Shown here in pieces: positions 16,514-20,865 of a stretch of DNA of 20,865 nucleotides (within the stretch, counting starts at the first letter, position 1; each line of letters starts with the position of its first letter). The translations under genes were made by a program, and so were the position numbers. Source of the DNA: Candidatus Methylomirabilia bacterium (GTDB lineage Bacteria; Methylomirabilota; Methylomirabilia; Rokubacteriales; CSP1-6); NCBI GenBank assembly GCA_046758965.1, contig JBHIBG010000044.1, positions 1 to 20,865 on the forward strand, given 5' to 3'. The notes beneath the pieces were generated by a model, which saw nothing but the letters and a program-made list of their open reading frames with translations, made no database searches and had not been told where the DNA came from.

Positions 16514-16543
16514 ATCATGCCCCCGCTCATGGGGGGCTGTCAA
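16514..16543 (-). promoter_or_regulatory. Sigma70-like promoter for queD-queE-queC-cyclase
   Basis: Minus strand TTGACA (16543-16538), 18 nt spacer, CATGAT (16519-16514). Confidence 0.5.
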
Positions 16544-16642
16544 TCGCGATCACCTGTGGCTCACCGCAACCTCTCTCCCTCTCCGATCGAGTGGCGTATC
16601 CAGATGTTCGGCTCAGAGGAGAGTTCCTTCGCCGCGGCGGAT

Positions 16643-17356
16643 TCAGGCCTCTCCCACGTGTATCGTCACACTCCCGAGGCCGACCCTCACGTAGCCCACC
16701 TCCCGCAAGCCCACCTGCGCCATCAGGCGCACCAGTTCCCGCGGGGGAAGGAACTGGGCCACAGATCTCGGAAGGTAGGTGTAGGCGTCGCGGTCTCCGC
16801 TGACGAGCGATCCCACCCACGGCACCAGGCCGTGAAAGTAGCAGTGGAAGAGCGCGCCGAAGCCCCTCCGGGTCGGCTGGGCAATTTCCAGCATCATGAC
16901 TTTTCCTCCGGGTTGCGTCACCCGCCGCATCTCCGCCAGCCCTTGCGGCAGATCCGCCAGATTCCGGAGGAGAAACGCTGAGGTCACGCAGGAGAACGTG
17001 CGGTCCCGGAAGGGAAGCCTGAGGGCATCGGCTGCCAGCAGGGAGATCCGTCTCCCGGGATCGAGCCGAGCGAGCTTCTGGCGCCCCACCTGGAGCATGC
17101 CGTCCGAGAAGTCGACGCCAACCACGCGCCGGACCCGCGCCGCCTCGAGGAGCGCCAACGCCAGGTCCCCGGTGCCGATGGCCACGTCCAGCGCCAGCCC
17201 ACCGGGCGCCGGCGCTGCCATCCGGGCCGCGACTCGCCGCCAGGCGCGGTGGCGGCCGAAGGTCATCAGGCTGTTCATCAGGTCGTAGCGCGGGGCGATG
17301 CGGCTGAACATCTCCCGCACGAGCCGAGCCTTGTCAGCGGGCGGTTGGAGCGTCAT
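16643..17356 (-). CDS. menG: Demethylmenaquinone methyltransferase (MenG/UbiE)
   Basis: 'MFSRIAPRYDLMN', 'LDVAIGTGD', 'DALRLPF', 'FLLRN', 'AYTYLP'. Confidence 0.93.
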   Translation of the reverse strand: MTLQPPADKARLVREMFSRIAPRYDLMNSLMTFGRHRAWRRVAARMAAPAPGGLALDVAIGTGDLALALLEAARVRRVVGVDFSDGMLQVGRQKLARLDPGRRISLLAADALRLPFRDRTFSCVTSAFLLRNLADLPQGLAEMRRVTQPGGKVMMLEIAQPTRRGFGALFHCYFHGLVPWVGSLVSGDRDAYTYLPRSVAQFLPPRELVRLMAQVGLREVGYVRVGLGSVTIHVGEA

Positions 17357-17385
17357 GGTTCCGGGCCACCCCGCCGGGCCGGCAG

Positions 17386-18234
17386 TTAGAGCCAGAGTCC
17401 GGCCAGAGCGGCAGCAAAGGTGATGACCGCGATGTAACCGTTGACGTTGAAGAACGCGACGTCCAGCCGGGAGAGGTCGGTGGCCGACACCAGCCGATGC
17501 TCATAGACCAAGAGGCCTGCCACGGCGAGCCATCCGACCCAGTACGCCCAGCCGAGTCCCATCACGGGACCGACGGCGGCCAGGCCCAAGGCGGTCAGCA
17601 GGTGACAGCCCCGCGCCAGCCACAGCGCCGTCGGGATCCCGAAGCGCGCGGGTATCGACTGGAGCCCCTCGCGGCGGTCGAACTCGACATCCTGGCAGGC
17701 ATAGATCAGGTCGAAGCCAGCGATCCAGACCGTGACCGCGAACCAGAGGAGAAAGGCTGGTGGCTCGAAGGCCTCCCGCACAGCGATCCATCCCCCTGCC
17801 GCCGCGATTCCATCGGTGAAGCCGAGGATCCAGTGAGACGTCCAGGTGAAGTACTTCGTGTAGTGGTAGCCCACCAGGAAGATGACGGCCAGGGGCGCCA
17901 GCTTCAGGCAGAGGGGATTGAGCTGCCAAGCCGAGAGCAGCAGGAGGATCGCCGACGCGGCTGCCCAGCTACTCACCTCCCAGGCTTTGAGCAGCCCTTT
18001 CGGGAGGTGCCGGTTGGCGGTGCGCGGGTTCCTGGCGTCGACGACCCGGTCCACCAACCGGTTCACGCTCATGGCGAGCGTCCGAGCGCCGACCATAGCC
18101 AGGGTCACCCAGATCGTGATCCGCCACCCCGGCCATCCGCCCGCGGCCAGCACCATGGCGATATAGGCGAAGGGAAGGGCGAAGATGGTGTGCTGGAACT
18201 TGATGGCGTCGAGAAAATAGCGAAGCTTGCCCAT
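17386..18234 (-). CDS. mqnP: UbiA-family prenyltransferase, futalosine-route MqnP type
   Basis: 'IKFQHTIFALPF', 'NRLVDRVVDARNPRT', 'GFDLIYACQD', 'AFFNVNG'; lies between ubiD-like and menG genes. Confidence 0.88.
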   Translation of the reverse strand: MGKLRYFLDAIKFQHTIFALPFAYIAMVLAAGGWPGWRITIWVTLAMVGARTLAMSVNRLVDRVVDARNPRTANRHLPKGLLKAWEVSSWAAASAILLLLSAWQLNPLCLKLAPLAVIFLVGYHYTKYFTWTSHWILGFTDGIAAAGGWIAVREAFEPPAFLLWFAVTVWIAGFDLIYACQDVEFDRREGLQSIPARFGIPTALWLARGCHLLTALGLAAVGPVMGLGWAYWVGWLAVAGLLVYEHRLVSATDLSRLDVAFFNVNGYIAVITFAAALAGLWL

Positions 18235-18289
18235 CAGGCGTCTCAGTCCGGCCAGCCATTTGGGGGGCAGCGGTCAACGGGCCCGCCGA

Positions 18290-19741
18290 TCAGAAACCGT
18301 ACTCCTGCCAGCGGCGCGCGACGAGTGATCTGATCTCCTCGGTGATCAGGATCTCCTCCGGCCACTCCTGGGCCACGTGGTCCAGGGCCCCTTTGTCGGT
18401 GGCATCGATCCCGAGCTTGCCCCCGTACCGGTGGCGGAGGGCGGCGTGGTCCAGATCATCCATTGGTCCTTCCACGATCACCAGGTCTCGCTTGGGGTCG
18501 ATGTTCCCCGTGGCCCGCCAGGCCACCTCCGACAGGTCGTGGACGTTGACGTGCTCGCTGACGACGATGATGGTCTTGGCCAGCATCATGAGGCCGAGCC
18601 CCCAGAGGGCGTACATCACCTTCTGCGCCTGGCCCGGGTAGCGCTTCTTGATGGATACGATCACCAGATTGTGGAAGATCCCCTGGGCGGGCATGTTGAT
18701 CTCCACCACCTCGGGAAGGAGAAGGCGGATGATGGGCAGGAAGATCCGCTCGGTGGCCTTGCCCAGCCAGTAGTCCTCCTGCGGGGGGCGCCCCACGATG
18801 ATCGTGGGGTAGATCGGATCCCGGCGCCGCGTGACGGCCGTGAGGTGGAAGACCGGGTAGTCGTGCGCAAGGGAGTAGTAGCCGGTGTGGTCGCCGAAGG
18901 GGCCTTCCCGCCGGCGTTCAGCGGGGTCCACGTAGCCCTCAAGCACGATCTCGGCATGGGCCGGCACTTCGAGATCGACGGTCTTGCATTTCACCATCTC
19001 CACCCCGGCCCCGCGCAGCCATCCGGCGAAGAGGATCTCGTCGATCCCCGGGGGGAGCGGCGCCGCCCCGGTGTAGATGGTGGCCGGATCCCCGCCCAGG
19101 GCAACGGCCACTTCCATCGGCTGCCGGACGCGCTCGGCTTCCCGGTGGTGCTCGGCCGAGCCTTTGTGAGTCTGCCAGTGCATCCCGAGCGTGTGGTCGT
19201 CGAAGACCTGGAGGCGATACATCCCGACGTTCCGCGCCCGGGTCGTCGGGTCCTTCGTGAAGACCAGCGGGAGGGTGATGTAGTAGCCCGCGTCCTTGGG
19301 CCAGCATTGGAGGATGGGAAGCTCCTTGATGGAAGGGCGCTGGGTCTCCACCACCTCCTGACAGGGCCCCGACCGGACATGCTTGGGGCCGGCTCTCGTC
19401 AAGTCGAAGAGATCTCCGAGCTTCCGGAGTTTCTCAAAGAACGAGCCGGGCATTCTGAAATCCAGGAGCGTGGCCATGCGGGCCGAGAGCTCATTCAGGT
19501 CCTCGATCCCCAGGGCCCAGGCCATGCGCTGATGCGCGCCGAAGGCGTTGATCAGCACCGGCATGTCGAAGCCCTCCACACGCTCAAAGAGGAGGGCGAC
19601 GTTCTTCTCGGCGGGTCCCTTGGAGATGCGGTCGGTGATTTCCGTGATCTCGAGTTCCCGCCTCACGGGAACACTGATCCGCCTGAGCTGGTCGCGCTTG
19701 TCCAGGATCCCGATGAATTCGCGGAGGTCACGGAGCGGCAC
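18290..19741 (-). CDS. mqnL: UbiD-family menaquinone biosynthesis decarboxylase (MqnL type)
   Basis: 'DLREFI', 'RNVGMYR', 'GMHWQTHK', 'EGPFGDHTGYY', 'GRPPQED', 'KKRYPGQA', 'GGKLGIDAT'. Confidence 0.9.
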   Translation of the reverse strand: MPLRDLREFIGILDKRDQLRRISVPVRRELEITEITDRISKGPAEKNVALLFERVEGFDMPVLINAFGAHQRMAWALGIEDLNELSARMATLLDFRMPGSFFEKLRKLGDLFDLTRAGPKHVRSGPCQEVVETQRPSIKELPILQCWPKDAGYYITLPLVFTKDPTTRARNVGMYRLQVFDDHTLGMHWQTHKGSAEHHREAERVRQPMEVAVALGGDPATIYTGAAPLPPGIDEILFAGWLRGAGVEMVKCKTVDLEVPAHAEIVLEGYVDPAERRREGPFGDHTGYYSLAHDYPVFHLTAVTRRRDPIYPTIIVGRPPQEDYWLGKATERIFLPIIRLLLPEVVEINMPAQGIFHNLVIVSIKKRYPGQAQKVMYALWGLGLMMLAKTIIVVSEHVNVHDLSEVAWRATGNIDPKRDLVIVEGPMDDLDHAALRHRYGGKLGIDATDKGALDHVAQEWPEEILITEEIRSLVARRWQEYGF

Positions 19742-19745
19742 CGGC

Positions 19746-20255
19746 CTACTCCTGGTAAAACACCTTGACGAGCCACCCGGCGAGCACGGGGAACGCCAGG
19801 CTGGGCACTGCTCGCACCAGCACGAAGCGCCACCCCATGAGCGGAGCCTCCCAGGCGATGATCCGCTGGATCCCGAAGAGCGACCACGAAGTCATGTACG
19901 CCACGAGGGCAGCCATCCCCGCACCGGAGTTGGCGAGAGTCACCAGGAGCGGCACGCTCACCATTGGCCCGCCCGGTGTCAGCACACCGGCGACGGAGGC
20001 CGCCACGATTCCCCGGAAACCTGCCTCGCGGCCGAAGTACCGGCTCACCAACTCCTCAGGGGCCAGCACCTGGAGCATTCCGGTGAGGAGCAGGGCGAGG
20101 ATGAGCCGGGGGAGGATAAACCAAAACAGTGAGAGTCCGTTCCGCGCCCCGATCCAGGGGAGCCCGGGGTCCTTCAGGTAGGCGAGCACGGTGAGAATCA
20201 GAGCCAGGCTGAGGAGAATAATGATCGAAGCATCCAGCTGCGGTCCCCGCAACAT
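19746..20255 (-). CDS. Small integral-membrane permease (DUF318-like)
   Basis: Hydrophobic 169 aa with 'LVSRYFG', 'GVLTPGGPMVSVPL', 'VAYMTSWS', 'WEAPLMG'; SD AAAGGAG; ends 4 nt before mqnL. Confidence 0.75.
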   Translation of the reverse strand: MLRGPQLDASIIILLSLALILTVLAYLKDPGLPWIGARNGLSLFWFILPRLILALLLTGMLQVLAPEELVSRYFGREAGFRGIVAASVAGVLTPGGPMVSVPLLVTLANSGAGMAALVAYMTSWSLFGIQRIIAWEAPLMGWRFVLVRAVPSLAFPVLAGWLVKVFYQE

Positions 20256-20293
20256 GCGCCGCTCCTTTCCCCAGGTGTAAATCGGGCCGCCCC

Positions 20294-20302
20294 ATTATAT
20301 CA
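20294..20302 (-). promoter_or_regulatory. Extended -10 promoter for the permease-mqnL-mqnP-menG operon
   Basis: Minus strand TG-A-TATAAT, about 38 nt upstream of ATG 20255. Confidence 0.6.
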
Positions 20303-20350
20303 GGGACTGGCCATCCGCCTTGGCGGCGGCAGCTCACGCCTCGCTGGCTA

Positions 20351-20380
20351 TTGACACCCCTGGAAGAGTTCGGGTATACC
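20351..20380 (+). promoter_or_regulatory. Sigma70-like promoter for HU
   Basis: TTGACA (20351-20356), 18 nt spacer, TATACC (20375-20380); SD GGAGGAGG at 20412-20419. Confidence 0.5.
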
Positions 20381-20425
20381 CAAGGGGTATCACCAGGGGC
20401 CGTGCACCGGGGGAGGAGGAATATC

Positions 20426-20701
20426 ATGACGACGAAGACGGATCTGGTGGCCGGGGTGGCCAAGGCGTCGGGCGGGACGAAGGTGGCGGCCGAGCGTGGG
20501 ATCAACGCCTTGCTCGGGGCCATCCGCGATTCCCTCAAACGCGGGCGGCGGGTGACCCTCGTTGGATTCGGGACGTTCTCGACCAGCAGGCGTGCGGCTC
20601 GCAACGGACGAAACCCGAGGACCGGGAAGGCCATCAGGATTCCCTCCGTGCGCGTTCCCCGATTCAAGCCCAGCAAGGCCCTGAAGCAGGCGATTCGCTG
20701 A
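20426..20701 (+). CDS. hup: HU family DNA-binding protein
   Basis: 'KTDLV', 'VTLVGFGTF', 'RAARNGRNPRTG', 'PRFKPSKALK'; 91 aa. Confidence 0.95.
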   Translation: MTTKTDLVAGVAKASGGTKVAAERGINALLGAIRDSLKRGRRVTLVGFGTFSTSRRAARNGRNPRTGKAIRIPSVRVPRFKPSKALKQAIR

Positions 20702-20775
20702 GCCGCTAGCCTCATTTCAGACGTCGTCCGCGTGACGCCCCGCTCCATGGGCGAGCATCTGTCTCGGTCGTTTCC

Positions 20776-20804
20776 TTGACGAGAGGTTTCCCCTGTGCTG
20801 TAAT
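20776..20804 (+). promoter_or_regulatory. Promoter for tRNA-Gln
   Basis: TTGACG (20776-20781), 17 nt spacer, TGTAAT (20799-20804) preceded by TG; tRNA begins 11 nt later. Confidence 0.55.
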
Positions 20805-20815
20805 GACCACTGCGC

Positions 20816-20865
20816 TGGGAGATCGTCTAGCGGTAGGACGCGTGGCTCTGGACCACGTAGCGGGG
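20816..20865 (+). tRNA. tRNA-Gln(CTG), 3'-truncated by the window edge
   Basis: 5' TGGGAGA acceptor strand, D-arm GTC-TAGCGGTAG-GAC, anticodon stem CGTGG/CCACG with loop CT-CTG-GA (anticodon 20848-20850). Confidence 0.92.

Noticed and set aside
16054..16530. N-terminal extension of the queE ORF overlapping queD
   Set aside because: R/G/P-rich off-frame reading of queD; QueE motifs begin after ATG 16053, which is coupled to the queD stop.
20816..20865. tRNA as an integration site
   Set aside because: The 3' end lies outside the window; no integrase or duplicated tRNA fragment is visible.
1..20865. CRISPR arrays, IS elements, long tandem repeats
   Set aside because: None seen on reading; no transposase or cas-like ORF. 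Short dispersed repeats could be missed without computation.

Overview
GC-rich, gene-dense bacterial chromosomal window. A lipoprotein and an outer-membrane barrel indicate a diderm; the protein set is reminiscent of Rokubacteria/Methylomirabilota, but that assignment is tentative. Left to right: 3' end of a PIN/VapC gene, DUF393/DCC thioredoxin-like protein, glycine-zipper lipoprotein, a decayed W-x-x-G-x-W repeat gene, rlpA, HAD hydrolase, MFS transporter, small hypothetical, an unusual helical-domain/internal-signal-peptide/OMP beta-barrel fusion, NDUFA9-like SDR, AmiE-like/NamZ fusion, CE4 deacetylase plus DUF4015 glycoside hydrolase, alpha/beta hydrolase, a heme-c (CxxCH)-HAMP class III cyclase with a guanylate-cyclase-type Glu lying 4 nt behind queD-queE-queC, late futalosine-route menaquinone genes (mqnL, mqnP, menG) led by a small permease, HU, and the 5' part of tRNA-Gln(CTG). 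No mobile element, CRISPR array or long repeat was seen. Best leads: the heme-c GC-type cyclase coupled to preQ0 genes, and the cytoplasmic-domain/OMP fusion.
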